Below, one piece after another: positions 23,523 to 35,559 of a stretch of 37,628 bases of DNA; position 1 is the stretch's first letter; each line of letters starts with the position of its first letter. Both the position numbers and the translations under genes were made by a program. The notes under the pieces were generated by a model, which saw nothing but the letters and a program-made list of their open reading frames with translations, did not search any database and was not told where the DNA came from. This DNA is from Octopus bimaculoides (taxonomy: Eukaryota), in NCBI RefSeq assembly GCF_001194135.2, contig NC_068987.1:107245745-107283372 (forward strand). The letters are read 5' to 3'.

Positions 23523-23554
<32 letters not shown>

Positions 23555-24929
23555 GGTGTGGGTGCGGGTGTGGGTGTGGGTGTGTATATTCATACATTTA
23601 TGTGTGTATTTGTCTGAGTTGAAGATTAACCACTTTGCCTGTCATAAGTGAGTTTCTTGTTAACTGTAATCCTTAAATTTCCTCTGGGATGCAGCAAAAA
23701 TGTATTTGATATCACAGAAGGCGATCATTTTGGCAAAATTAATATCCTAGAAACGTACCTTTCCTTTTAGACATATACTCAATATTTTGATTCCTAACAA
23801 GTACAGTTTCCGTAATAGCAGTGCACCGTAAAATGAACTGTAAACGTCTCTTAGAAAAGTACTTTCCTGTGTTATTTGTGTGTTCTAAGGGACACTGGAT
23901 ATTAATATTATTTCATATAAAGTAGCATCAGTCAACTAGAAAACTAAATGACAACGGTGGTATATGCACGAAAGACAGAATTTCTTCAATAAATGGTTTA
24001 ACTTTCAATACAATACTTGCTTAATTGATAGCCGTAAAGAATTTATTGTTCGTTGAACAGTCATTCAAGTTTACAAGTTTCATATTACCACTCCCATTAC
24101 ACCAACATAATTGAGTCATAGAGAAGATATGCATGTACAATTACTTATAAGTTACACGCAATGTGACTTCCAAAGAAAAATGGCAACAGAGATGCTGGAA
24201 GGCATTTTTAGTCTCCTCCATCTGAGAAAATGATACGTGGTTGGCGAAAATAGGAAGAATTACTTCAGTCAGTAACGAAATCAAAACACAACATGTGTAC
24301 AATGGCAGCTAGATTGCTGGAACTGGTAGAAGATTTGGATACCAGAGCTGGAGATCAAAGTAATTAAGATTTAATTGTAATGAAGAAACAAACAAATGTT
24401 GAGGTTAAATTAAAGGTAACTGAAAGACTGCATAAGTTTTAAGTTCTAAAGCATGGTGGTAAGTGTCTATTGATAAGCTGCTCGAATCTGAAATCGAATA
24501 TTTTTCATATGACGGAATTTATGCAATGAGCATCATATGGAAAAAAAGGTTTTCAGATGGGTCAAAGTTCAAAAATAGAGAATGTTCCATTCACGTTCGA
24601 TATAATTTGTCATAGTGTTTTTTATACGGTTTAAGATTGCTGTTTAACATTACCAGCCGAGAGAAAATTATCTGTACATCTTTACTGGTTTGCTGTGCGA
24701 ATGGAACTAACAGGTAAACAATCTGAGTCTGAAAACAATGATGACTTCGAAAACTGCATGGTTAACAGAGACCAGGATACCAACAGCAATACTTCAATAA
24801 TAGGCTTCAATAATTCTTGTGAGAGGAGAAAATAATAATCAAGCTTGACTTTTAATATTTCAATGGTCAATATGGCTAAACAGATCGTGTAGATCACTGT
24901 GTCATGTATTTACGATTTAGGACGTGCAT

Positions 24930-24986
<57 letters not shown>
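24930..24986. repeat. (CTA)19 microsatellite
   Basis: Read directly; gives poly-Thr in ORF 24899..25114. Confidence 0.95.
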
Positions 24987-24987
<1 letters not shown>

Positions 24988-26796
24988 ATATTTGGCAGTA
25001 CCAATTTACACATCACTTTCTAGTCATTCTTTAAATATCATGAATTCCATCGTAAACTCTCATTGTTCGAGAATCGATGAAATACGTACCAGTAATATAT
25101 ATATTACAGTTTGATTTCTTAGTCTGCAAGAAATTTGGGCTCCATGCCAATGCCAATTTCTGCATCATAATCTGAAGAGAGCGCTAGACAAATGTCATGC
25201 TCTATCCAATTTCTGTCATTTATCTTTGCAATCAAAATCCCGGAGGAATCAATTTGCTTTTAATCTTATTGGGATTGCATAAATTATGTATAAGTAATGT
25301 ACGGCAGATCGATTGGCCTGAATATAGCCTTTCCGAGTGAATTGAGAGGTGTATTGCAAACGATGAAATGTGGTGAGGAGTTATTATTGAGTTTATGTGT
25401 TATTCGTTTTTTCTAGTGAAATTATCATTGTCTTCTACTTAATTTAGAACGCGCAGCGTAGGAGAAATATTTTGTTATTCAGTACCTTTTATGAACCACT
25501 GAATGAATGTCTTGTGCGTCATATTGACAAGGAGAAAGCACGTGCCAGCTTTGTGATGAAGGCTAACGGATTGCATATGAAATATGGGCATCCAATTTTT
25601 CTATACGTATGTTAATTAGTAACTGTTTTTATCTATAATATATCCAATCGAATATCTAGAAAGCACTCAGTCTTAAACGGACTTGGTTAACTATATCAAA
25701 AAGTATGACACTAATAAATTCAAGTAGTATTGACATCTAAAGTAATTCGTCAGATAAACAAATAGATCGAAATACCGCTTAGAAGACGTTCAAGAAATTC
25801 GAAGTATAAGGCAACAATAATGGAGAAAAACACATCTTTAATTGATTATTACACCATACATTACCGACAATCGTTTCTATTGTGACAGTATATTTGGATA
25901 AAACAACAACAAAAAAGTTATCAAATACCAGTCAAATTAATATCTGAAAAATAGATGCTAACACAGCGTTACTAGAGGAATCGAAAATGGGCTAAAGTCA
26001 AAGCGTGCTGACTAATTCCACCAACACACCCAATTAAGTTTCTTCTATTAAATCTAGGAAGTATGAGAGGTAGGTATGTAAACATATACGGATTGTGGCT
26101 CATTCACGTAAGCTCCAGAAAATATTTAGAACCACACTTTAGAATTTTTCTAGTAAGTAGGACGCCGTTGTTTACGTTCTGTGTTTTATCACTAATACCA
26201 TTATCTTAGATTCATTTGCTAAGCAGTTTTTGCCCTAAATCCTAACAATGTCTCTTCATAAGAACGATGTAAAATCACTTGAATCTATGTCACCTTATTT
26301 AACTAGCTAAACGAATGAAGCTATTTCTCCGTAACAGTAGGATTTGCGATTCAGAAGGATTTTGACTAGAATAGATATCATAGGGAATCTGCAGAATATT
26401 CTAACAGTTCAACTAATTTACCTTTCGGACAGGTGGTTTGTTTATCAACCTCCAGAAGGAGAAAAAGGAGAAACTGACAATTCACTGCCTTCATTTTTAA
26501 GTGCTGCCTGTTTCGAGATTCGAAGAATGGGATAGTGAGAGCGATGTGTGTAATTCATGACCCACCGGAAACCTTCAGACAGAACTCAGCAGACAGAGAC
26601 AGAGGGTGGAATATACAAGTGGTTAAAAAAAAAGTTTTTTTTAATTTTCGATAAAATTGTATACTAGTAAAGATATATACATAAACACATATCTAAACAA
26701 ACACACTTGCCAATGTTTGTATACATCTTATACGTGACTCGCACCCAGTACTATATATGCCACACCATATCTTCATCGTCACTGTTGTTTAGTCCC

Positions 26797-27751
26797 TTCT
26801 GGCTAGAGTCAGAGACAGAAGGGTGTAGCATAGCAACCCAAAATCAATACCTACCTACAAGAAGCTACCAGATCAACAACTTAAAGAACGGCAGTAGCCC
26901 AACGTATTGTGTATGTAAACAACAAAATTAAATCATTGATCTTGCTGTCTCCATGTGCAATCATCTTGCGCCTGCAGAATATCTCAACATGCAGGATACA
27001 GCAGCAGTGAGTAAGTTGCAAAGGCTTGGACCTGCCTCATCATAAAAACTGGTGGGAACACAGACCAGCTCTAGTGCTCGAAAATGACCACACCTCACTC
27101 CTTTGGGACGTCACTCATGAAACTGACAGAAAGATAGATGCAAATAAGCCAGACATTATATTGAACGCTTCAGACAAACATCATGTCTCTTCATCGATAT
27201 AACTGTCCCAGTGAAAATAAATTTATCTGCAAGACCTACCAAAAGCTGAGCAATAATAAAGATCTTGAAATAGAAATTGGGAAAATGTGGAACCTCAAAA
27301 CTAAAACAATACTTGTTGTCATAGGTGCCCTAGGAATGATAGCAGAAGGGGCAGATTGCTACCTAGCTCAGATACCGGGAAACCCCAAAATGGCAGAAAT
27401 TCAAACTATAGTGCTCATGGGAACTTCCTCTATCCTACGAAAAATATTGTTCCTGTAATCCCCAAAACATTTTAATCCAAAACTGTGTCAAAATACTTTT
27501 AAATGTACATAACACCAGACACATTGTACTGCCATCTTAACGTCATACTATCATCTTATCATCAAATTACTTTTAAAATAACCTTCTAATTTTCTTATGC
27601 TTTGACAAACATTCTCCAGAACAATACACTGTGCAGAAACAAATGTATGGTGCCGAAGACATAAGATCAGCTTGAACTTCTAACTTGTCTCTTGAGGTCT
27701 CTAAGTGAGACTTAGAGTCAACTTGTACAAATAGAAAGCAAAAGACAGACG
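26797..27751 (+). mobile_element. 5'-truncated, decayed R4/Dong-type non-LTR retrotransposon (zinc knuckle, RLE endonuclease, 3' UTR)
   Basis: In order across frameshifts: LESETEGCSIATQNQYLPTRSYQ; YCVCKQQN*IIDLAVSMC (decayed CCHC); TDRKIDANKPDII (27122; PD of PD-(D/E)xK); CLFIDITVP; KLSNNKDLEIEIGKMWNLKTKTILVVIGALG...ILRK ending at 27458. The UTR ends in (AAT)n. Confidence 0.9.
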
Positions 27752-27833
27752 AATAATAATAATGATGATGATGATGATGATGGTGTTGGTGATGATGATG
27801 ATGATGATGATAATAATAATAATAATAGTAATA
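27752..27833. repeat. (AAT)n(GAT)n(AAT)n compound microsatellite at the LINE tail
   Basis: Read directly. Confidence 0.9.
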
Positions 27834-27939
27834 AGCTTCTAGAGAAACTTTTCCTCTTAAGGACTGGAAAGATTATCAAGATGGTTCTAAGCTTTCTAAA
27901 GACTATTGAAAGCTAGTGGACACATAAGGTTACAGACAG

Positions 27940-28488
27940 TAGCCCGCTAACCACTTATGCCCCACTGCACTACCAGGCAGTGACTCTCATGTCTTCTGAT
28001 CTTAACTGATTGGAAGTGTTATCATGTACATTGTTTTGTCTTAGTATAAGAGACGGCAAATATTTAGCCCAATATCACAGATTTCCTTGCTAGTTGTTTA
28101 ACGATAACCAGTTGAGCATGTCCCTTAGTGGCTAACTATATGTGCATCCCTGATCACGAGCAGAAGTAGTGGGGGAGCCTCATAGCCATGTGTTGAGAAA
28201 AATTTTCTGGGGTTTGGATAATTCACCTCCGTAAACATAGTTGTTTTGTGCGTCATCTTCAAACAACCCCTAATCAGGGACCTTTTGACCTGAAGAAAAT
28301 TCTAACTGCTCCCCACCTGCAAAGTCATGCATTGTTTACCTTGATATGAAATCACCATGTCGCGCACACATGGTTGTGATGCATGTGCCTGGTGTACCCT
28401 TATCAGACGGGTAGTTATGATGGGTGTATTGTGCTTCGTATCTTTTACCCCAGTGTCACTTTGATGGCATGCGTTGCTCTCATCCTGA
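27940..28488. mobile_element. Probable unclassified interspersed repeat abutting an (AAC)/(AAT) array
   Basis: Higher-complexity, GC-richer block that I recall as a high-copy octopus repeat. Only one copy is in the window, so this is unverified here. Confidence 0.35.
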
Positions 28489-28560
28489 ACAACAACAACA
28501 ACAGCAGCAGCAACAGCAACAACAAAAACAACAACAACAATAATAATAATAATAATGAAT
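28489..28560. repeat. (CAA)/(CAG)/(TAA) compound microsatellite
   Basis: Read directly. Confidence 0.9.
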
Positions 28561-28972
28561 AAGATGTTGATGATGATGGTGCGCGATGATAACGATGCTG
28601 ATACTGATGCTGATGTTTTCGACAGTTTTATACGAGTTTCTAGTAGAATACCAATTCCACTGCCGTTTACCACCAGCTTTTATGTCTATAGAATCGAATT
28701 TGTATGCTACACGTTTTACCATTATAATATGATTTGTTGTCCTGTGTCTGGTGTGATTATAGTATTTCGTCTGATGTTGTTCTGATGTAATGTGTGAATT
28801 ATGTTCTTTTATAGAGAGTTTAGAGTACGATGTGTGATGATCTCTGTTATGCACTTTTGTATCACATGCTCATTGTATACAAAATGTACTGTGGGTTGTG
28901 TTACCGAATTCTGAGGCGCGAAAATCATTATCTATACATGAATACGTGTATGTCAATATGTATGTATAAAAA

Positions 28973-29005
<33 letters not shown>

Positions 29006-29070
29006 TAAATGTATATATAAATGTATGTAGATATATATGTAGATATATATTTATATATATGTATATATGT

Positions 29071-29124
29071 TATCTCTTAATTGTTTCAGTCATTAGACTG
29101 CGGCCATGCTGGGGCACTACCTTG
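29071..29124 (-). mobile_element. SINE family B 3' tail fragment
   Basis: ttgtttcagtcattagactgcggccatgctggggcactacc is the reverse complement of the family B tail. Confidence 0.75.
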
Positions 29125-29175
29125 GTATACATACCAAGAGAGAGAGAGAGAGAGAGAGATAAAGAGTGAGAGAGT

Positions 29176-29743
29176 GCGAGTAGGTGAAGCTGCATGAGAA
29201 GAAATTTGCTTCCCAACCAAATGGTTCAAGTTCAATCCTACTGCATGGCATTTTTGGCAAGTTTCTTTTGATTTAGCCTCGGCTCGACCAAAACCTTGAG
29301 AATGTATTTGTCAGACGGAAACTAAGAGAAACCCGTGTGTGTGTGTTTTTGTGTGTGTGTATGCGTGGATATTCCTCACACAACCGCTTGACGCCGAAAA
29401 GCGGCTGTTACTTAGGAACCGACGATACTGGTATTTTTAACCCGAGGAAGGCACCTCTCCCAACTGGTTATGCAGTGCGCTCTGCACTTGATATATTTGC
29501 AATTGGGGAGATAACTCCCTATTTTAGCCCCGAGACCATCAGTCCGTACGGTTTCGACCTTCATATGGTATTGGTGTATCTTTCCTCCCGTAACTGAGCT
29601 GTTCGGTAAAAAAGACATATAGAATAAATTCACAATAAAAAAGGAGCAAGTACTGGTCTTGATTCATTTGACGTCAAATCTTTCAAGAAGGTGCTCCAGA
29701 ATGGCTTAAGTAAAATGATTGAAATGAGCTTAAGATAAAAGAT
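29176..29743 (+). mobile_element. SINE family B copy with an internal (TG)n, interrupted by a ~170-bp insertion
   Basis: Head (gcttcccaacc...gttcaatcc...cagacggaaactaagagaaaccc), then (TG)n, then ccgcttgac, the insert, and ggtattggtgtatctttcctcccgtaac...ggtgctccagaatggc...gataaaag. The flanks rejoin as in the uninterrupted 18.2-kb copy. Confidence 0.8.
29406..29564 (-). mobile_element. Copy B of a ~160-bp repeat (putative Penelope-like terminal repeat fragment) nested in SINE B
   Basis: Its reverse complement aligns to 29908-30071 at roughly 80-85% identity by eye. Confidence 0.7.
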
Positions 29744-29887
29744 ATATTCCTACATATGTTGCTGTCATCTCATATAGAGGTTTCTTGACCAGCTAGTTTG
29801 CTGTTCCGGATCAGTGATTATGTGTCACTTATTTTTTATAACTATTGCGCGATGGCGTGAATACTGATATATCTCGTGGACGATTAT

Positions 29888-29936
29888 CGATCTCTGAAGA
29901 TGACACTATGCAGGTCCAAACCGTACGGTCTGACGG
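29888..29936 (+). ncRNA. Degenerate minimal type I hammerhead ribozyme-like motif
   Basis: CTGAAGA(29894-29900)-T-GAC...GTC-CAAAC-CGTACG-GTC. The G of GAAA is C here but intact in copy B (GTCGAAACCGTACG). Stem I is damaged. Confidence 0.45.
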
Positions 29937-30071
29937 CCTCGGGGCTAGAAATATCACGGAGTTATCTCCCCGCTTGCAACATATATCGATTGCAGAGCGC
30001 ACTACATATCCAGCTGGAAGAGATGTCCTCCTGGTGTTAAAAATAGCAATATCGTCGGTTCCTAAGTAACA
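29908..30071 (+). mobile_element. Copy A of the ~160-bp repeat
   Basis: Inverted relative to 29406-29564; both copies stop matching after GTCGGTTCCTAAGTAACA. Confidence 0.7.
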
Positions 30072-31115
30072 TCCAGTTTGAATGTTGCTTTTATCTCTTA
30101 TAGAGACTAGACATAACTATAAATAAATATATGTGTATGTGGGTGAGTATGTTTGTGTGTCTGTGTGTGTGCGTATGCTGCAAAATCTACTGCTCAACAT
30201 AGAAAAACGATTTTGTTAGTATGTACGCGTTTCCCTCCACCTATAATCTTCCTACCAAGACCAATTTCAATTAAACGTGTCAATAAACAGATAAACAACT
30301 GACTTAGATTCGCTACGGATAGAACATGTGTCTCTTGAATTTAAATAAACAACCAATAACTAAAATACTACTACTACTACTACTAATGATAATAATAATA
30401 ATGATAATAATAATAATATAAGTAGTTAAATAAAAAATAGACTACTCTGACGCTTAAGTTCACATCGTTTTGTTCCTGAAATCCTAAATTCGTGCCTGAC
30501 TTCAATGCAAGTGACCTAAACGAAATCTCGTATTTAAAACGCGTATTCATCTGTGCTTTTCTGTTCCTCTAAGCCTTTTATTAGCTATGATTTATTTAAA
30601 GGTTGTCGTTTCGGCAACGTCTTTGGGTTTATTTGTAGTTGGTGGGTTTTTTTTTTACTTCGTGCTCATTTTTATTTTGTTCCATTTATTTTATTTTATT
30701 TCTTCGTTATTATCCTTAAATATATTTTAAAAAATCTTTTTTAATGCCATCGTAAGAGGAAATCGAAAAAGAAAAAAAAAGAAAGCAATTGTGAAGAATG
30801 CTAACATTCGGGGAATGTGTAAGACGTTGAAGTTAATAGAAATTACTAGTCAACCTCTCTACATAAAAGCTAGGCTACAGGATTACCACATAAAAGTAAG
30901 CGGAGACGATAATGAGCGTTTTCTAGAAAGAAAGTCGTGGTCTGATATATATGATGTGCATGTATGCGTTTGCGATTTGGCGCATATGTTGTATTTGTAC
31001 AAGTAAGCAAGGCGATATATGCAAACAGACACGTACGCGCGCACACACACATGAAAGCGCACATATGCAAACATGCCTCATGGATATATATATATATATA
31101 TATATATGCATTATC

Positions 31116-31146
<31 letters not shown>

Positions 31147-32189
31147 NNNNNNNNNNNNNNNNNNNNNNNNNNNNNNNNNNNNNNNNNNNNNNNNNNNNNN
31201 NNNNNNNNNNNNNNNNNNNNNNNNNNNNNNNNNNNNNNNNNNNNNNNNNNNNNNNNNNNNNNNNNNNNNNNNNNNNNNNNNNNNNNNNNNNNNNNNNNNN
31301 NNNNNNNNNNNNNNNNNNNNNNNNNNNNNNNNNNNNNNNNNNNNNNNNNNNNNNNNNNNNNNNNNNNNNNNNNNNNNNNNNNNNNNNNNNNNNNNNNNNN
31401 NNNNNNNNNNNNNNNNNNNNNNNNNNNNNNNNNNNNNNNNNNNNNNNNNNNNNNNNNNNNNNNNNNNNNNNNNNNNNNNNNNNNNNNNNNNNNNNNNNNN
31501 NNNNNNNNNNNNNNNNNNNNNNNNNNNNNNNNNNNNNNNNNNNNNNNNNNNNNNNNNNNNNNNNNNNNNNNNNNNNNNNNNNNNNNNNNNNNNNNNNNNN
31601 NNNNNNNNNNNNNNNNNNNNNNNNNNNNNNNNNNNNNNNNNNNNNNNNNNNNNNNNNNNNNNNNNNNNNNNNNNNNNNNNNNNNNNNNNNNNNNNNNNNN
31701 NNNNNNNNNNNNNNNNNNNNNNNNNNNNNNNNNNNNNNNNNNNNNNNNNNNNNNNNNNNNNNNNNNNNNNNNNNNNNNNNNNNNNNNNNNNNNNNNNNNN
31801 NNNNNNNNNNNNNNNNTATATATATATATATATATATATATATGCATACATACACATATATTCTTACGCAGTTGCCTGCGTAAGAATATAAATATTTGTA
31901 CTGAGATTTAATTGGGTGTACCGCCAAGGAACAAGATGTATAAAAAAAAAAGAATCTTAATACCAAAGTCTATCCTCTTTTATGAACATAAACCAGAGCT
32001 TATATATTAAGGTATTTGATTAAAATTCTATAGGAGCAATTCATGTACCTCCAGTTGCATTTGAAAATATTCCTTAACGCAAGTCTGTAGTTTTTTCACG
32101 AACTCTAATAACATTCGCATATAATACAGTGACTCAGAATGTAAGTGTATGTATGTATGTGTTTTTTTACGTATGACTTTATCTTTTGT

Positions 32190-32522
32190 CTTTCAGTTGT
32201 TTCAATCATTAGACTGCAAACCTGCTGGAGAATCCTTATAATGAATTTTAGCCAAATGGATCGACCTATGGACCTTTTGTTTTAAGCCTAGTACTTAGTC
32301 TTTCGGTCTCCTTTCTTTATACGGCGACGTAAACACGCTAACCGTTTGTCACGCGGTTTAGGGGACCAAACACTGGCACGGACACACACAGGCACACACC
32401 CACACGACGAATTTCTCTCAGTTTCCATCTACCAAAGCTACTCACAACACTTTGGTCGGGACCAGGCTATAGTAGCACACACTAAATGTGCCATGTAATG
32501 GGACTGAACCAATCACCGTCTC
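32190..32522 (-). mobile_element. SINE family B, diverged near-full-length copy
   Basis: Reverse complement shows a head (gttcagtccc...ggtagatggaaactgagagaaattcgtcg), a TG-rich middle and the ccagcagg...cagtctaatgattgaaac tail. Confidence 0.75.
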
Positions 32523-32846
32523 CGTACTTCTCTCTTACTCCTTTTCTTTCTATCCCGCGCTCTCTCTCTTTGTATATGTATGTATGTATGTATATATATG
32601 TGGATCCATCTGTATTAATTTAATTAAATTCTATGTTTTTGTGCAGCTGAGGATTGCTCTGCATTTAAATTGATATATTGGTTGCATTGTTTAATTAAAT
32701 TGAGTTGCGTGAAACGATCGTACCATATAACCTCTGAATATCCTTGTTGCTTATTTANNNNNNNNNNNNNNNNNNNNNNNNNNNNNNNNNNNNNNNNNNN
32801 NNNNNNNNNNNNNNNNNNNNNNNNNNNNNNNNNNNNNNNNNNNNNN

Positions 32847-32888
<42 letters not shown>

Positions 32889-33245
32889 GGGGTACATCCC
32901 TAGCTACATACATATATGCATTCACACAAATGATTGATATATTTATATATATGAATGCATGTTTGTATGTAAAAATGCCGAAATGTATTAGGAAATTACA
33001 TAAAATATATTCAAAGATAGACAGTTGAATAGATAGAAAAAAGTAGGAAATCTTCGAAATATGAGGTTATGCATATTTTCAATAACTCTTTGTTTTATAA
33101 CATTTCCCGTTTTGGAAATGTACTCCTTCAATGTTTGTTAAGGAAGGGATTCCCTTTCCATTGACAGTGTGCTATATTTTTCTCTGTCATCAGTATCGTA
33201 GCAACAAATTATTATCAAGCACTCTCACTAATGTACTTAGCAGTT

Positions 33246-33440
33246 TAGCACACCGGTAGAAATGCATAGCGGTATTTTGTCTGTCTTTACGTTCCGAGTT
33301 GAATTTTCGCCGAGGTCGACTTTGCCTTTCATCCTTTCGGGGTCGATAAATCATATACCAGTTGCGTACCCGGTTCGATCTAATCGATTTACTCCTCCCC
33401 TAAAAATTTCGTGCCTTCTGCCTAGAGTAGAAAAAAAAAT
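33246..33440 (+). mobile_element. SINE family A copy (tail type 2), slightly 5'-truncated
   Basis: gaggtcgactttgcctttcatcctttcggggtcgataaa core and cctagagtagaaaa tail. Confidence 0.9.
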
Positions 33441-33485
33441 TATTTCTTTATTGCCCACAGGGGTCTAAACATAGAGGGCACAAGA
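33441..33485 (-). mobile_element. Type-1 tail fragment of SINE family A, tail-to-tail with the previous copy
   Basis: atttctttattgcccacaggggtctaaacatagaggg is the reverse complement of the 22304 copy's tail. Confidence 0.8.
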
Positions 33486-33792
33486 ACATTGTACTTTGCA
33501 GTGGTCTTCGGAGTTTGCTCTTAGTGAGTCAACATGGGATATCCAAAAACCCTTGGTGTGTGCTGAATATAATTAGGTTTGCTAAAAACGCTCACAAAAG
33601 AGAAAAACAATTCGCCTTAAAATGAGGGAATTCCTGTCTGCTGACAACTGGAATTTTCTTGATTACTTCCAGATTGATATGCAGCATGTAGATTCCTTCT
33701 GGAAAACATCTACTATATTAATACTCTTGTGCTTTTCACTGTCAGAATATATAAATGAGAAAGGAAGGAAGAAGAAGGAAGGAAGAGATAGA

Positions 33793-33957
33793 AAAAAATC
33801 GAACAGTGTTTCAACTCTGTGTAAGTATATGTGTGTGTATATAAAAGAGAGTTATATGAACGTATGTGTGAGCACTGGAAGTGGGACGGTGAGCATTCAA
33901 CGCTGAAAAGTAAAATCAAACGGTGTTTCAACTCTGTATGAGTATATGTGTGTGCAT
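33793..33957. repeat. ~47-bp direct repeat pair about 115 bp apart
   Basis: aaaatcgaacagtgtttcaactctgtgtaagtatatgtgtgtg versus aaaatcaaacggtgtttcaactctgtatgagtatatgtgtgtg. Confidence 0.8.
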
Positions 33958-34373
33958 GTGTGTGCGTGTACAAGGAAAGTATGTGAATGTATGTGGGATC
34001 CAGCGTTCTTTCAGTAACAAACGATGCCCAATGTCATATCTCAAAAGACAACAACTAGATGACATTGACATGTGTGTTAATTTTATTTCCTATCAATATT
34101 CATGTATAAAATGCTACATTTAGGCGTCATTGTTGACGGCATGGGGCCACTGGTGTATCTAATGATCAGCTTGAAAAGGACAATCGAAATGTGCCAAACT
34201 ACACTGGGTGAGGCCTAATGTGAGTCAATCATTGAAGGATGCAGATAAATTCGTGTATTTAGCCAGTATCCTATCTATATGTTTATTTAGTTACTTTTTT
34301 TTTCTTTTTATATGTAATTTTGTTGTTGATTGTCGTAATTTTAACATCGTATTTTTTATCTATAGAATAAATC

Positions 34374-34538
34374 GTATGAGGACAATTACCCCACCACGAC
34401 AATTCCACCTGACGACAACTACTCCCTGGGACAATTAATTACCTCTCTCCTCTTTTAAATCATCATCTGTTGTCCTCGGGGGTAATTGTCGGTGGGGGTG
34501 TATTATCCATGTGGGAGGGGGCGGTAAATGTCCAATAC
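34374..34538. mobile_element. Miniature foldback/MITE-like element built from inverted GACAATTACCCC-type subrepeats
   Basis: Four forward units (34380, 34397, 34413, 34429) and three to four reverse units (34478, 34495, 34519, partial 34468). The ends are GTATGAGGACAATTACC and GGTAAATGTCCAATAC. Confidence 0.65.
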
Positions 34539-34621
34539 ATTGTGAAACATTTAAGGTTTTATTCCCAGAATAAATATATCACAGTTAATTGGAAATCAAA
34601 AGAATATTTCAAAACCAAATA

Positions 34622-34849
34622 TTATTATTATGATGATGATGATGATGGTGGTGATGGTGATGATGGTGATAATGATGATGATGATGGTGACGACGACGAC
34701 GACAATGATGATGACAATGATGATGATGATGATGATGCTGTCAATAATGATGACAATGATGATGACGATGGTGGTGGTGACGATGGTGATGGTGATGACG
34801 ATGATGGTGATGACGATGATGATGTTGATGATGATGATGATGATGATTT
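34622..34849. repeat. Cryptic trinucleotide repeat (GAT/GAC/GGT/AAT)n
   Basis: Read directly; gives poly-D, poly-M and poly-S pseudo-ORFs. Confidence 0.95.
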
Positions 34850-35559
34850 CATGTATTCACCACATGAGCATAGATGAGAGGAACATCACAAAGGTGTCTG
34901 TATTGCAGGGGGGGGGGTAGGTAAGCCACGATTAGAAACAAAGGGAAATGACTCTTGAATGCGATAAAAGTTTCTGTTCCTAAAACAGAAATAAAAGACA
35001 AAACGAAGACCAATCACGAATCACCCGGACACCAAAGGCACAAGCCCTTATCCAACTGTTGTTCTTCAATCTACATGCGCATGCTTAGTGTATGACCATT
35101 CACCCTCACCATCTTTGCTGCCATAGTTACCCATGGTTTCGCATATTCACTTGGAGACACACTTCTCTTCGCATTCTCACCTTCTGTTCGGTGTGGAACT
35201 TTAAAATAATATTAAAATTTCTACAATCTGAAATCGTTTAGAAATCTTGTGAAAGAAACACATGAGAAACGAAATAGTAATTGTATAACTTGCTGCTGTA
35301 CAAATTACACACCACAAAATGAAATACATTAATCGGCCAGACACATTTCAATGAATATGAAACTTCCGAAATAATAATATGTCTCTCAAGAATTTCGCTT
35401 CTTTCCTTAAATTTAAATAGTGTTTTCTCTAATGTATATTTTAGTGATTCTTTATTATACCAACTTTGAAGTATATATAATACTAACGTTACCAATGTTG
35501 TCTGAAGTATATATTATGAGTAGATTTCATGCAAATAATTGTTTCTTGTGTGAGGTTCA

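Noticed and set aside
28385-28460. Minus-strand GAAG…CTGATAA arrangement resembling a type II hammerhead
   Set aside because: Both core boxes deviate from CUGANGA and GAAA, and I could not build the stems.
34470-34920. Poly-Asp, poly-Met and poly-Ser ORFs resembling acidic biomineralisation proteins
   Set aside because: A stop-free trinucleotide repeat open in several frames, with no signal peptide or splice context.
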